64,000 nt of DNA from Carcharhinus longimanus (lineage: Eukaryota). Below the pieces are notes generated by a model. It was not told where the DNA came from, did no database searches, and was given only the letters and a program-made list of their open reading frames with translations. The stretch lies in assembly GCA_030264375.1 (NCBI GenBank), contig JASCQW010000166.1:15344512-15408511 (forward strand), in the 5' to 3' direction. The translations under genes and the position numbers were made by a program. Below, piece after piece: positions 21,065-34,559 of this stretch (position 1 is its first letter; every line of letters starts with the position of its first letter).

Positions 21065-21804
21065 AATCAAGAATAGGGCCCAATGTCACAATCAAACCAC
21101 AATCATCATAAATTAAACTGGAATTAGTTTCGTGAATGGGCAAATTGTCTTCAGTAGAAGCTATAAGTTGCACTTCAAATAGCTGATACAACAAAATAAA
21201 TCCGATGGATTTCCCAGCTAGTCCACTCAGCATGAATGCATCAATCCTCAAAGCCCTTAAAATCACTTGCCTTCCTTATGAAGAATTCCGGTTGCTCTGC
21301 TAACAGGATTTAACCTGAGCCCCTGCTGACACCTAACTTGAATTCTGTGAGCATGGTCTTCACCAAAAATGGCATACCTCTGCAGAAGATTCTCAACTCT
21401 GCTAATGATGGCGTTGATGGCATGATTCCAACAAAAGCAAGTGTGTATTTGCCTACTCCTGGATCCAGCCTCCATCATCTTCAGCCAGTCTGTGGTGCAC
21501 CACTGGATTAACTAAGCTCAGTGGCTTCTATGTCTTTTATTTATTTCAACTGGTTATAATAACCCCAGAAACCTGAATCTTATGTTTCTGTTTGACTTCA
21601 GTCTTCCGAGATGCTGAAAGGTTCAGCTTCTTTTGCTAATGGTGTCTGACTCAAAAAGAAACTGGTTTTGAAAGCATGGATTCCAACACACAACTTCATC
21701 AAACACTATTTACCCTTAAATAAATCTGTGCGGACTTTTATTAGCCCTTATTTTTTCTAATGCCAGTTTTATTTTGTGTAGTATATTCTCTTTTAAAGTG
21801 TCTT

Positions 21805-22560
21805 CACAATGATAGGCTGACTGGCTATAGTTGTATTGTTTATGCCTCTCCCCTTTTAATTAGATTTGCAACATTGGCAGTTCTCCACTCTTCTGGCATT
21901 ACCCTCATTCGGGGAAGAGTTGAAGACTTGAGCCTCCACAATTTCCAAGTTTATTTCTACCAGTAACCCAGGATGCATCCCTTTTGTACTGTGACTTTTC
22001 TGCTTTGAGAGCTTTTAAGTATCTTTATTTTTATCTTGCCTAACTAATATCATTACAGTCCCATCCTTTACAGTCGTACTGGCAAACATTGTTGAGTACT
22101 TATTTAGTACCCAGCCATGCCACTTCCTTGATAAGATCTCCTTTTTAGTCCTTGATTGACTCCAGCCTTTCTTTACGTACCCATTGTGTGTGACAAAATG
22201 TTGCCTTTCATGTTGGCCACTATTCTCATAGTCTCTCTTCTCCCTTTTTTTGCATTTTTGAACCTCCTTTATACTGATTATATTCAGCTTTGTTCTATGC
22301 TGCATAACAAACTTTTCAATTGCCATATGCCTCAACTTTTCAGTTTCATTTTCACCTTTATATGGTTAGTCATCCAGGAAGTTCTAGCATTGGTTGCTCC
22401 TCCATTCCACCCCTGCTAGGAATGTGCCTCACTTGCTGAATCATCTCTGCTTTGAAGGCCTCCATTCTTCAGTTACTATTTTACATCCCACTTTTTGATT
22501 CCTGAGCACCTGGGCAAAATTTCTTTTCGACTCGCTGAAGTTGGAGCCCCCCCACGTCCT
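21805..22560 (-). mobile_element. CR1 ORF2 fragment (endonuclease-RT linker), decayed
   Basis: Traces such as KREKRDYE and VLNKYSTMFAST; gggatgcatcctgggtta (RDASWV-like) on the minus strand. Confidence 0.55.
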
Positions 22561-23094
22561 CAATTTTATGCTTGATTGTGATTGTGGCTATTTCTTACCA
22601 AATATCTCCCTGAATATTAAACAAAATGATATTCCACTATTTCCTTTCAAAAAGTGTAACCACGACCCTTGCTCCAAAAGACACAGTAAGAATCAATCAT
22701 AGATAGACATGTGGATTCTATGATTATTCTAAATCTAGTGTTGGGTTGACTTGAGACTCAATTCTTTTTCACTGATTTAAGGACATTCCACGGATTAAAA
22801 AAGACAAAATTCCCTCACTTTGTTTTTCCCTCGCTTCTCTTTTTTAAAAAATGTGTACAGTGATGTTCACATGTACAGGCTATATCGAAGATTTTGCTTA
22901 AAATTAAGTGATGTTGCTGTGTCAACAAGGAATGTAACATTGAGTGTCAGTGTTGAAGTTCTGCTGACAGTGCTTTTCTGTGTCGAGGTCTATTCTTAGC
23001 TGATCGGTGTCATTCTCTTAAATTTTTAAAGGATTGGTGATACAGGGCAGGACAGTATACATCACTAAACAGACCAAAGATGTACTGAGCAAGA

Positions 23095-23505
23095 CAAATG
23101 GCACAGCACAGAATGTTTTGAAAAGCTACCTCATTCCACTCCCTTACTCTTTTTGCGTAACCCTGTATTTTGTTCCCCTTTTAAGTATTTATCCAATTCT
23201 CATTGAAAAATTATTGTTGAATCTGCTTCCACCAGACTTTGGAGCATTGAATTGCTCGCCACGACAACTCAATGAGTTTCTCATGTTGCCTTTAGTTCTC
23301 TTGTCAATCACCTTAAATCTGACCTCTGGTTACTGACCCTTATGCAACTGGAAACAGTTTCTCTATTGCCCGATATGCTGTTATCCAATCTCTCAACCTT
23401 CTGTGCTCGAAGGAGTGGAAACCCAGCCTTTGCAATGCCTGAAAGTAACTGAAGTCAATTATCCATGCCAAGATTCTGTGAAATCTCCTCTGCACTCTCT
23501 CCATG
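23095..23505 (-). mobile_element. CR1 3' fragment
   Basis: tcaccttaaatctgacctctggttactgacc...ggaaacagtttctc...gtgaaatctcctctgcactctctcca (antisense LERVQRRF). Confidence 0.75.
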
Positions 23506-25309
23506 TTGAAATTATTACTTCCACTGAGTATAATGTATGTGATATATACATTGGCTAATTTCTCGTTTTGATTAACTTCGAGCAGCTTGGTTAATGCACA
23601 CTAATGCAGACATCAGTGTGTATTGACTGCCTTGAGTGACTTAACTTGAATTCACGCACCACCACCGCCGCCATCCCGCTCTCTCCCCCCCCCCCCCAAA
23701 AGACAATGCCAAGAAAGCAGCAGGAAACTAAAGCTAATCTGCTCATCAATTCCACAATCTTTATGAATATATAACTGCAATTTAAAAGAACAGATCATTA
23801 ACTGCCTTGTGGTTATTTCTTACGAAATATCTGGCTGAATATAAAAATGATATTCCACTGTTTCCGTCCAAAAAGTGTAACCATGACCCTTGCCCCCAAA
23901 AGACACACTTNNNNNNNNNNNNNNNNNNNNNGGCACTGAATAAAGTCGATTGTGTTGAAAAATGTAAAAGTTTGAGGTGCTGTGTCACTTTGTGAACTGA
24001 AAAAATGGGGAATTATGACACCTTTCTTTTGTTGTAGGTGCACAGTCATTGGAAGACTGATTTTAATATTCCAGTTAACACAGGCATGGGTGTGTTTTGA
24101 TTGGTTACTGCTATATGCAGATAACTTGTTCATTGTGATACAAACAAAATTGCCTGTTGCTTCTGCAACCCATTTGGTCAACAGATGCACAAAGTATTTT
24201 CTTTGTATTGCAATACCAAGTGCTGATGGTAAAATAATTTCTCTTGGTAAAATGATTCCTCATCGTAAAATTGTTATGTCATTAATGTAATTGAGATGCT
24301 CATAGCTAAGTATTTATTAGCACGACTAAGGCAATAATTGAGTTTCAAGTGTCATATAAGCATGAAGTGAGAACTTGTACGTAAGCAAGGATCCTAATTA
24401 TGAACAACCCTACCCACTGTAATGCAGAGAAGGCATTTTGTTTCAGCTGGCTGTTGTAAAAAGTCTCTTGCAATGAGAAAAGAGCTGTTCAGAGTAGCTG
24501 CTGCACCATCAAATCCTGTATGAACAAACTGTGGTTTTTACATGTGGTCTGCTAACCAACCAAGGCAGTGTTGCACTGCTGCAAGATTTTCAGTGGAGGC
24601 ACTGCTGACAACACTGTGAGCTGTGCTTTCAAATAAGGTGGTACACTCAAAGGCCAACAGCCAAATTTAGTTGCACACTCTCATCAGTTAGTTTGAAGAG
24701 CAAAAGCTGCCTTTAAGCCAATGTTGTCATTTTCTCCTGATCAATGTACATTTAGGATTGAGGGGAACTTCCTATCCCAAAAGCAAAATTTGAGAACTTT
24801 CTCGGCCTTTGCTTCTCATTGTTATGGCTTTTGGGTTTCATCTCTCTAATTTGAAAGAAATATAGCCCTCACAAGGAAATTCAGAACACAGTTGTCTTCA
24901 GTGTCAAATGGGGTTCAGCAGCTAAGATGAAAGAACCATAACAGTCATAATAAACACTTGAGTCTTGAAGAGAGAGTTTCTTTCTAAACCATTGCAAGCA
25001 GTTAGCGGCCAAGACTCAATTGTGACAGCTCTGAAGGCTAACCATTGTGATAAATTGGACTCAATCATTGCGGTTTCTTATTGTTAACTGAATGGAAAGA
25101 GNNNNNNNNNNCCGATCTCTTGCAAGTATTCAAGTGCTGTTTGGATTTTTCTCTTGCAAAACCAAACAATATGTTGTACAGCACTGTTGAATATATTCTT
25201 TTATACTTTCGCAGGTATCCTCATGGAATACTCCCTGGCCATTGGCAACTTTGGTTGATAGACTAAAGTTCCCTAATATTCCAAACCCTATACAACAAAT
25301 AAGATCTCC

Positions 25310-25680
25310 TTGAAAATAATGGAGCAATATTCTCTGGACATTTGAAAAATGAGAGGTGGAACTCTTTGAAATGCATGCAATTCCTTGAGTGCTTGACTGG
25401 GTCGATGTTGAGAGGTTGTTTCCCTGTCTGAAGTGTTTAGAATTAGGGAGCACATCTCAGGATTGGCATTTAGGACTGAGATGAGAAGTTCCTTCTGTGA
25501 GAGGATTGTGAGTCTTGGGAATTCTCTATCACAGGGAGTTATGGGTATTCAAACCTGAGATCAATAAACCTTTGACCACAAAGGGAATCAAGAGTCTGGA
25601 CATTGAATAGAAAAGTGGGATTGAGCCATGATCTTAATGAATGATGGAGGAAGCTTGAGAGCATGTATAGCCTATTCTTT
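25310..25680 (+). mobile_element. CR1 3' fragment
   Basis: aatgagaggtgg..tttgaaa, gatgttgagaggttgtttccc, ttaggactgagatgaga, gattgtgagtcttgggaattctct, gccatgatcttaatgaatg. Confidence 0.75.
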
Positions 25681-25784
25681 CTCTCATTTTGTCTGTTGTT
25701 GGGACATTGGAACAAAAGCTAATCATCATGGCTTTTGGATTCAAACTGCAGTGTGAGGGACTTTTATGTAATTGTCAAGCTTCA

Positions 25785-27250
25785 GATAGGCATTCCTCGT
25801 TCCAGTCCTACTTGGGGCCCCTCCCAAAACTTTGTTTCTGTTGCACCTGTATTGGTGCGGTGTTATGCACTTGTCTGGGCCTGAAAAAGTTTCATGATTT
25901 TGCTTCCAATTTCCACTTCTTTCTCAGCTTTACATGGTCCATATCTGACACTTCCCTTCTTTAACTTCTCTGTCTCCATTACTGATGATAGACTAACTAC
26001 CAGTATTTATTACAAATTTACTCTCTTCTACAGCTGTCTAAACTACAGCTGCTCATATCTTGCTTCCAATAAGGACTCCATTCCATTTCCCAATTTCTCT
26101 GCCTCCGTTGTATCTGTTCTGATGGTGTTACCTTCCAAATCAGCACTACTGACATGTCTTCCTTTTTCCTGATCTGATGGTTTTCTCCTCCAGTATGGTT
26201 GATGGGACTCTCAACTGTACTCGACCCATCTGCTGTACCTCTGGCATCATCCCCTCCCTTTCAGAACCATGATAGGGTCCTATTTTCTTTCTCTTTCACC
26301 CAATCAATCTCCACATTAAACGGATCATCCTCTGTCATTTCTGGCAACTCCTGCATGATGCTACCATCAAACATGTCTTACCCTCACCCTGCAGTCAGCA
26401 CTCCACAAGGACTACTTCTTTCATGGCATCCTAACCCACTCCTCCATCATCCCCAACTCCTCATCACTTACCCATGGCAACTTGCCATGCGACCGCAGAA
26501 GATGCAGCAGCTGCCCCTGCCCCTGTACCTCCTCACTACCCAAAGCTCCAAACTCTCCCTTCAGGTAAAGCAGCTCCCTCGATCTGGTCTACTGTACTCG
26601 CTGCTCCCAATGTAGCCTCCTTGACATTTGAGCAGCTAAACACAGACTGGGTGATGCTTTGCCAAACTCCTTCTCTCAGTTTGCAAGCATTACCCCAAAC
26701 TTCCTGTTTCTCGCCATTTCAACACACCATCTTGCTCTCTTGTGCATATATCCGTTCTTGCCTGCTGCAATCTTTCAGTAAAGCCTAACACAAAGTGAAG
26801 AAACTGCGCCTGATCTTCCAGTCCGGACTGAACATTTAGTTCAAGAACTTCAGATCGTGCAAACTCTCTTCCTTAGCTCTTTTTTAGATCCAATTACTTC
26901 ATCTCAATGTGTGCCCCTAGGCATCTGTCATTTGTTCTGGTTTTACTTTCAGAGAATGCTTACCCTTGTTCTGCTGCCAACACAAAGGTTGACCTTTGTC
27001 ACTTTTGTTAGCCTTTAACACCTCCATTAACACTTCCTTTGTCTTGTGTCCATGACACCTTTGTTAAGTCTCTCCTAGCTCCTACCTATGCCTGGACTTC
27101 TATTTTGTTTCATCACCTCTTAACCAGTATGAAATCCATCAGCACTCTCCCTCTCTGTAGCTTTGAAGAAGAATAATATTGACTTTAAACGTTAATTCTG
27201 CCAGACCTGCTGAGTTTTTCTGGCATTTTCTGTTTTTAATTCAGATTTCA
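25785..27250 (+). mobile_element. Penelope-like element (RT C-terminus + GIY-YIG remnant + 3' terminal region), decayed
   Basis: FQSYLGPLPKL..CIGA..FHDFASNFH..FTWSISDTSL, FSVSITDDRLTTSIYYK, ASNKDSIPF, CSQCSLLDI..KHRLGD; terminal ccagacctgctgagtttttctggcattttctgttttt. Confidence 0.85.
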
Positions 27251-27589
27251 ATCATCTTCAGTTTTGAGGCGGACAGTGTTCACTTTTTAATGTCTCCTCA
27301 TCTCTTTGGCTGCCTTCATAGACTAAGATCCAGTAACTGCATTATCTATACACCTCTCTTTTCATCAGGTAAGATTTAAAAGGGCAGCACCCTGGAGAAA
27401 GATCCTTCATAGTTGTTTGGGGATATTTAGCAGCCCTCACAGATTATTTACTGCTGCATAAACAATTTTGGTAAATCTGAAGATCTGTGGTTTATTTCAA
27501 GAAGTATAATTCTGAGTCCTTTGTGCTTGAAGCAAGACTAAACTCCATATACCCACCTTCACTCCATATCCTAATGATATAAAATTAAC

Positions 27590-28010
27590 ACTGCCATTTA
27601 TGGAGGAGTGCTTCTAAACTATTTCCACCTTTTGCATGAAGACCTAGTTCCAGGTTTTGTTCCTGAAAGGCCTGGCTCTAATTTTTGTCTTCGCATCGTA
27701 TTGTTAGACTTCGTAGAAACAGTTTCTGCCATTTAACCCTTTTGAAAACTCTTATCTCTTAACCGCTTAAATCCCAAGGAATACAATCGTAGTTTGTTTA
27801 ATCGCTTGTTGTAGTTTGACTGTCCAGGTCCAGTAGCAATCAAATAAATCTGTGCTGCAGTCCCTGGAGTGCCACTGTGTGCTTCTCAAGATGTAGTTTC
27901 CAGATTTGCGACAGGTGTGACCTACCAAGGTTCTTCACACAGCAAAAGCAGGACTTCTATCTACCCATTTGGACTCTATTCATGTCGATAGATCATGAAG
28001 CTGTGGCTCC
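27590..28010 (-). mobile_element. CR1-type fragment, decayed
   Basis: aaacagtttc...taaatctgtgctgcagtccct...cagatttgcgacag, antisense CR1 C-terminal motifs. Confidence 0.5.
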
Positions 28011-29849
28011 TCTGTGTGTCTGGGCTCCCCAAATCTCTTTGGAGTAAAATTGTTCCTGCCAGGTTGGTCGATCCATCCTCCCAGATTGGAATTGTGCTTG
28101 TTGTCTGAAAGGTGGGTGGGGCAAACAACAATGCCTTTGTTCTTGCCGCATGGATATACCTAGATGTGCAGGTGAAAAGAGACAATGCAAAGCCCTTCTT
28201 CACCTTGATTGCTGGCACATTAACTCAGAGATCACATCTGTTGTTGGAGAGACCAAGACAATTTTTGAGAGTTGGCAACCTTCGTAATACTTTGTCACCC
28301 AGTATCTAATTCTCCTTCTTTCACGTTGTGAAGAAAAGTTTTGCTGATCACCATGTGGTCTGCTGTACTGCGTTGCAGAGCTGATGGGTGGTGTGTTCTG
28401 TTATCTCTTCATGTCATGCTCTCTAATCTGTGAATTGGAAACTGAAAGAAAGCTATCCAAGCCTCGTCTTCCCTATAGGGGAGCACCTTGCTTCAGCTTG
28501 GTGCCTCCACAGGCTATTCACAAACCTTTGATGTCTGTTTGCTACTGTATTAATTTTTATGGTTGTCCCTGTGGCTAAAGAAAGACTCAGCATTCCTCAT
28601 TCTCGTTGGTTGTAATTCTGAATTTTATAGTGTTCCCTCCTTGTCTTTTGTGGCAGCCTCTTGCTTTACAGCACTACTCCAGCAGGATGGCTCATTTTTC
28701 TCTTATGTGTGTGTGATCCATATGTTTGCTGGAAGATCACAGAAATGCCAGAATCAGACTAAACAGAGTGCTTCCATTGAACTTGTTCTCTTTTACTCCA
28801 TGTCAGATGGTTACACACATTTCAGTGTAATCATTGTATTGCTGTTTGTGATTTAAAAATGCTTCATGGTCTGAAAGCTGTTATTATTTGAAACAGCAGT
28901 GAAGGGTTTAATCTCGAATTTAAGACCACCTACTGTGCCGTCCTGTTGGTTTGCTTGGCAAGGGTGAAAAAGAGCGAAAGCTGGTCGTGTTTCTCAGGGC
29001 TTGAACTGATAGAAGTGAGCTGATAACAATACAAGCAGCAAATATTTGGGTTCAACCTCGTATGTCTGTGATGTTTCAAGGTGGTCTAAAAAAAATCTCT
29101 GGGGTACCACTGGGTCAGTTCTGTTCAGGCTTTGAAATGCATGAACGGTTACTGGATCTTATTGGTGAGATGGTGTACGTTGTGTTTCTGAAATGTTTAG
29201 TTCCTTCGACACTGCTTGTAAGATGGAGCATGAATGATATAAATGAATGATTTATCACTATTTTTATTTGGCCAGAAGTGAGAAGGTTCATGTTATTGTC
29301 CCTAATGCTTGTGGGATCTTGCTGTCTTCACTCATACAGCAGCAATAATTCCACAGTGATATTCATTCATTGGGCAGTGTATGATAAAATGTTATATAAT
29401 GCTATATAATGTAAAGATCTTTCTGATATTTTCCATGATGTGTATGGTAAAATTAGTGGCCTGCAGTAGTTTTCAGTTGTTTGGGTTTCTGATGGTAGGT
29501 GGGAATGAGTGGATCAAAGTATGTCTTCCTGGGTCTTTGCCATTCTTATTGAAGAACTAAGAAGAGTAGTTATTTACACAAATAATAGTCTTTAAAACAA
29601 CAGTATTCACTTCAACATTCTGAAAGAAAATGCAAGGTCCATTTTCCTATTACGCTTGCACTCGTTGGCTTGCAAGAACTTAGGAAATAAGAGCAGGAGT
29701 AGACCATTCAATCCTTCAAGCCTGCTGCATCATTTGTTAGAACAGAGTTGAATTTTTTTTTAACCTCAAGTGCTATTTTCCTACATTTCTGCCGCTGAAT
29801 AAAACAAGATCTAGATTTTAAAATCCCATCCATGTTTTAATTTTAAAAT

Positions 29850-30180
29850 CCCATCCATGTTTTAAAATCTGTCCATATCCTTGCCCCTCCCTATCCCTGG
29901 AATCCATCCTAGTCCCCAACCATTTAAGAAATTTGAGCTCATTTAATTATGGGCTCTTGTCCTTGTTTTTGCTCTAAAACAGATGACCGTACCTTTGGTT
30001 ATCTAGGTCCAAAACTCTGGAATTGTGTCCATACCCATCTCTGTTTCTCTCCTTCAATTTAACATACTCCTTAAATTCTACCTCTGACCATGTTTTTGGC
30101 CACTTCACCCAATAGCTTCTTAATGTGACTTGCTGTTGCAATGCCATAGTTTGTGCCATAATGTTGTGAAGCAAATGTTA
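29850..30180 (+). mobile_element. L2 3' fragment (preceded by a CR1 tail at about 29680-29800)
   Basis: ttttaaaatc...ccttgcccctccctatc...ctaggtccaaaactctggaatt...ccttaaattctacctctgacca. Confidence 0.7.
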
Positions 30181-33100
30181 TTGTTACAGACAGGAGGGGT
30201 CAGTTCAAACAGCACTGTTACCTTCTTACCATCTGTACATAATCAGAAGTTATTTTCAATAAATTTGTTTTCTTTTTAAACAAATAAGTGGTGACATGTT
30301 TCCCCAACTGCTCCATATTTGGGAGATTCAGTTTTACCAATAATGACACAGCAAACTTGAGTCAGGATTAACTCAGCAGCTGTTTATTGTACACATTTAA
30401 AGCCCTCAAAGGAGTATTCACAACTTCCCACTCAGTATTCACACGGTAAAGGGCAAGATAGAGGAAAAGAGGTTTTACGGTACAAGAACCATGGAAAAAC
30501 TAAATATTGTTTCATGAGTGTCAGAGTCCAATGAGGAAGTCCTTCATGTACACACTCAGTCAGTTGATGCGTGCTTTCAGGTGGTGCGATTGTCATAATG
30601 TGCAGAAATTGCATTTGTTCTACAGTTGAAGATCTAAATCTCCAGTAGGATCAGGTTAGGTGGGCTGGTGGTCCAACTAGCCAGAGTTTGCTTCTGAATG
30701 GTCTGTCAGTTGGATGTTAAACAGCAGTCCGTTTGCATAACTCAGAATTTTGGGTCACGTAACCTTCCCTTTTCACAAAGGATATTCATTGAGCATTTGG
30801 AATTTGGCTTTGTTTTCAAGACTCATAATGTCCCAGCCATGGGGGTGTGCCATTCATGTTGAGGATCAGGTGTTTGGGAAACCATTTTCTTAACAAACAC
30901 ATAGACTCCATTCACATGGGTTTGGCTTATCAGGTGCAATTTGCATTCCTGTAGCTTGGGAGAAATTGATCTGTACAGTCACAGTGGTTTGCTCAAAGCT
31001 CCTTAGGCATGACGAAGTGTGACATTCCTGAAACTAAGAAGATAATTTTGTTCCAGAGGTTTTTGGGGATAATTTCCACGCATGTCAACCATTTTTTATT
31101 CAGCGGAATAGTCCAGTTTAACAATAAGAATTTGCAATAAGAATGAAGTTTTCAAATACCAGGCTGGCTCTATTCCATGTTGGAGGATCCCAACGCTATA
31201 TAAATATCAGTTTAGAGAATCACATCATTGGCTTAATTCTGTCAGTGATATCAACAGCATGAAAAGGCTGAATTAATATTCAGAGTTGTGTCTGCAAAGT
31301 TGCTGAATTTTGTATTTATCACAGTTCCATGTCACCAATGTCCATGCACATGCATGTTTCAGCAGAGTTTTACTGAAAATCAGGAGTGGAATGTGGAGGA
31401 CTCTCCTGTGATTTGACACGTACTGATTGCTCAGTCATATGTTATTTCATGTCGTTTGAGTCAAAAAAAAAGGAATGCTTCACAAATTTGCTTGTCATCC
31501 TTGTGCATGGGCCATGCTCATCTTTTCTGTATCGTTCAAATTTTAGTATATGTGCTGCCGAAGCGCACACGTTTATGTTTACTGATGTTAATTCAGTTTC
31601 TTCATACTGGTGGAAGAATGTAACCAGTCCAACTGTGGCATTGGTGAAGTATCCATTTGCAAGTTTACAATCCACAATATTCACGATAAGATCAACAGGA
31701 ACACTTGGTCATTGATAAAAATCACTCTTGAAAGCACTTTTCCTGGGCATTGTGATCAGTGGTCTTCATTGCAAGCCTTTTGACTTTTTCATTGTATTTC
31801 ACAGTTATTTCCTGAACAGTGCCATGGATATTGTCATGTTTTGGTCACTGGATGTGATTGTTTGGAAAATACACTATTGTGTATGTTACTGTTTTGGAGT
31901 TTGATGGAAGTGAGTCACGGAATACATTAAACTCTGTGATTTCTGAGTTTAAAGGGTTGTAGTGTAATGTCAAGAACCATACCTTGTCATCCACACACGC
32001 TTGGTCTTGGTTTGACATGAAGTTTGAGAATGCTTTGGGTGTTGAGTCTGGAGTGTCTGACTTTGTTCGCAAACTGAGTTGGTTGTTGTTTGGAATTGTT
32101 AAGTTTGCCGCTGGAGTGAAATTGTAGGAGGCCTAACTACTCTGGACATCCGACTGGTGATACTGGCCAAAGTCACTGTGCATCAAGGCATTTAACAGTC
32201 TGCAACCTCATTCTTATCCCACATTATACTCATGCATGCTGGTGATGCTGGATTGCAACCAGGAAACAGGAACACACACACACTGACAGGGTGCCAATGC
32301 TGCCATTCCAGCTGAGACCAATGAAGCTTGGGATACTGAATGTGGAATCTTTATTCTTCTCTTCTAGCAGTTGTGGGAGATATTTTGTTTTAAAAGCTTT
32401 ATACTTGGTCAGAAGTCTTGAGAAAACTTTGCAGCAAGTTTCATTATTACAGTCACAAGATGTCTTTCTGGCAATGACGAACAGTTTGTGGTTGGGTGAT
32501 CAGTGATAATGTACAGATTAAGAGATCAAACTACATGCAAATAACCTCCATATCGGGCAGGCTATTTAAAAATGTTGAAAGCTCCAAGTTTGGTAAATTA
32601 CATTTATGTAAATTTTGACATCAGGGTGAGCAATGTTGTGATGTTGGGACACATTCTACCTGAGAGCAAAGAAAAGCTTTTTACTTATTCCACCCATGTT
32701 TCTCAGCCGTACCTTAGATCACCAGCCTTTAATGCACCGTCATCACACATCTCAAGTTTTTCACATAGCCAAGGCAGATTGCCAAATTGATGCAAGATTA
32801 GCCATGGTCTTATCAAATGACTAAGCAGGCTTGAGGGGCCAAATGGCCTACTTCCACTCATTTTGTAAGTTTGTGTTCGAGACACTTCTGTGCTTTGGGC
32901 TCCAAAAGAATGAGAAACTGGACTGAATTTTCTCCAGCCCATTTCATTTTCTTGCCTTGTTGCCGGTCATTTTTAACACCAACCTGTCCCTTATTCCAGA
33001 GAAGACAGTCGCCTTTTGGAGGTTAAATAGACATCTTGTTCCTTGACTACTGGTGCCCTTATTCACAGGTATATGAGGGCAAATCTGGTTTACTTGATCA

Positions 33101-33399
33101 TTTCAGGTTCATTCTTTAAACCTCCTATTTGTGGAGGATCAGTTAAGATTAAGGAAGTATCCTGCAAAGATGTGCATTGTAAAACCTAAATTTCCCACTC
33201 TCTCCTGCAGAAACTTGCAATACTGCCCCAGTAAATATCCAAAAAAAACATAATTTATTCACTGATCACCTCTACCTGTCACACTACTAATGCAATTCTT
33301 TGCTGAATGATTCAAGCTTTGTTTTTGGGGAGGTTGTGGGGTGGGATAATAAGTAGAATTTGACTTTATCAACTCTGAAGACTGCAAATTAATGATATT

Positions 33400-33900
33400 G
33401 ACCTACATGATAAGTGACTGGATTTATAACCAGGAGCACAGAGCACAAAGGCAAGGAAGTTAAGGTGAAACTTTCTGAAATAAGGGTAATAGCTCATTTG
33501 AAGTATTGTGTCCATTTTAGTTGGGAATAATGGCAAGGCTTTTAAGAGAGGGTTTAGAATAGATTAGGGAAGCTCTTTCAAGCAGAGAAGGTTAAGGGAA
33601 GATTTAATCGAGCAAATAAAGGGAAATTGTTTCCAGTGAGTCAGCAACCAGAGCATCTAGATTTAAGCTAATTAATAAAATAGCTTGAGGCAAAGTGAAT
33701 TCTTATGTAGCGAGTTATGATCTGGAATGTGCTTCCTGGAAAGAAATTCAATAATAAGTTTCAAAAGAGAATTGGATGAACCAATCAACGAGGAAAATAA
33801 AGAGCAGGGGGGAAAAGACAGGAGAATAGAACGAACTGGATTGCTCCTTCACAGAGGTGGGTTTGGCTGATTGGCTTCCTTCTGTGCAACACCAGATGAT
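33400..33900 (+). mobile_element. CR1 3' fragment, decayed
   Basis: gagcacagagcacaaaggcaaggaagt...tttgaagtattgtgtccatt...gttatgatctggaatgtgcttcctgg...ttggcttccttctgtgc. Confidence 0.65.
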
Positions 33901-34559
33901 TCTTGGCACAAATATGTAAATTCACACCAGCACTTATCCCGAAGGTTGTTTTAATGTTTCACGATGAAGTCAACGTTTATTATAGCTTTCTTCCTTTTGA
34001 TCTTGGCAGATGTTTAAAATTGCATATGCAGGGAATGCCTTTTAATGAATCATCCTTGTGATGTGTGCCTCTCCTTTTTTTCATGCAGAAAATGGTAAAT
34101 AAAACGATATAAAGTTGAATCACACATCAAAGTGGAGCACAATTCTGATTGTTAAATTCGCCTGAACCCATTGCATATTATTCTGCTGCTGCAGTATTAG
34201 CCGATCAGAGCTTGAAATCATGTTAGCTATTTGGCAGATTCTTTTTTTTTAATATACAGCACATCCGATTACAACCTGGAACTTAACATGTGCTTCTTTG
34301 TGTTTCTGATGTACTGACTCTGTGGGGTAGCCCACGATGGCTTCCTGGGAATGATTAACATTATGAATCAGTATAGCAGTCATTGCAGTTAAATTATCTG
34401 CAATTTCAGTACGTGGGTGTTAAATTCTTCTCCACGGATCCACTTCATCTCATGTAATTCACCCATTAATATATACACTTTGTTGTTTCTTGGAGGGTGA
34501 TTTTGAGCTCCCAGATGGCTATTGGCACTTGAGGCCTGCAGGCATAATAATCATTGGTT

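Noticed and set aside
29815-29870. 25-bp tandem duplication ttttaaaatcccatccatgttttaa
   Set aside because: Simple slippage duplication at an L2 fragment edge
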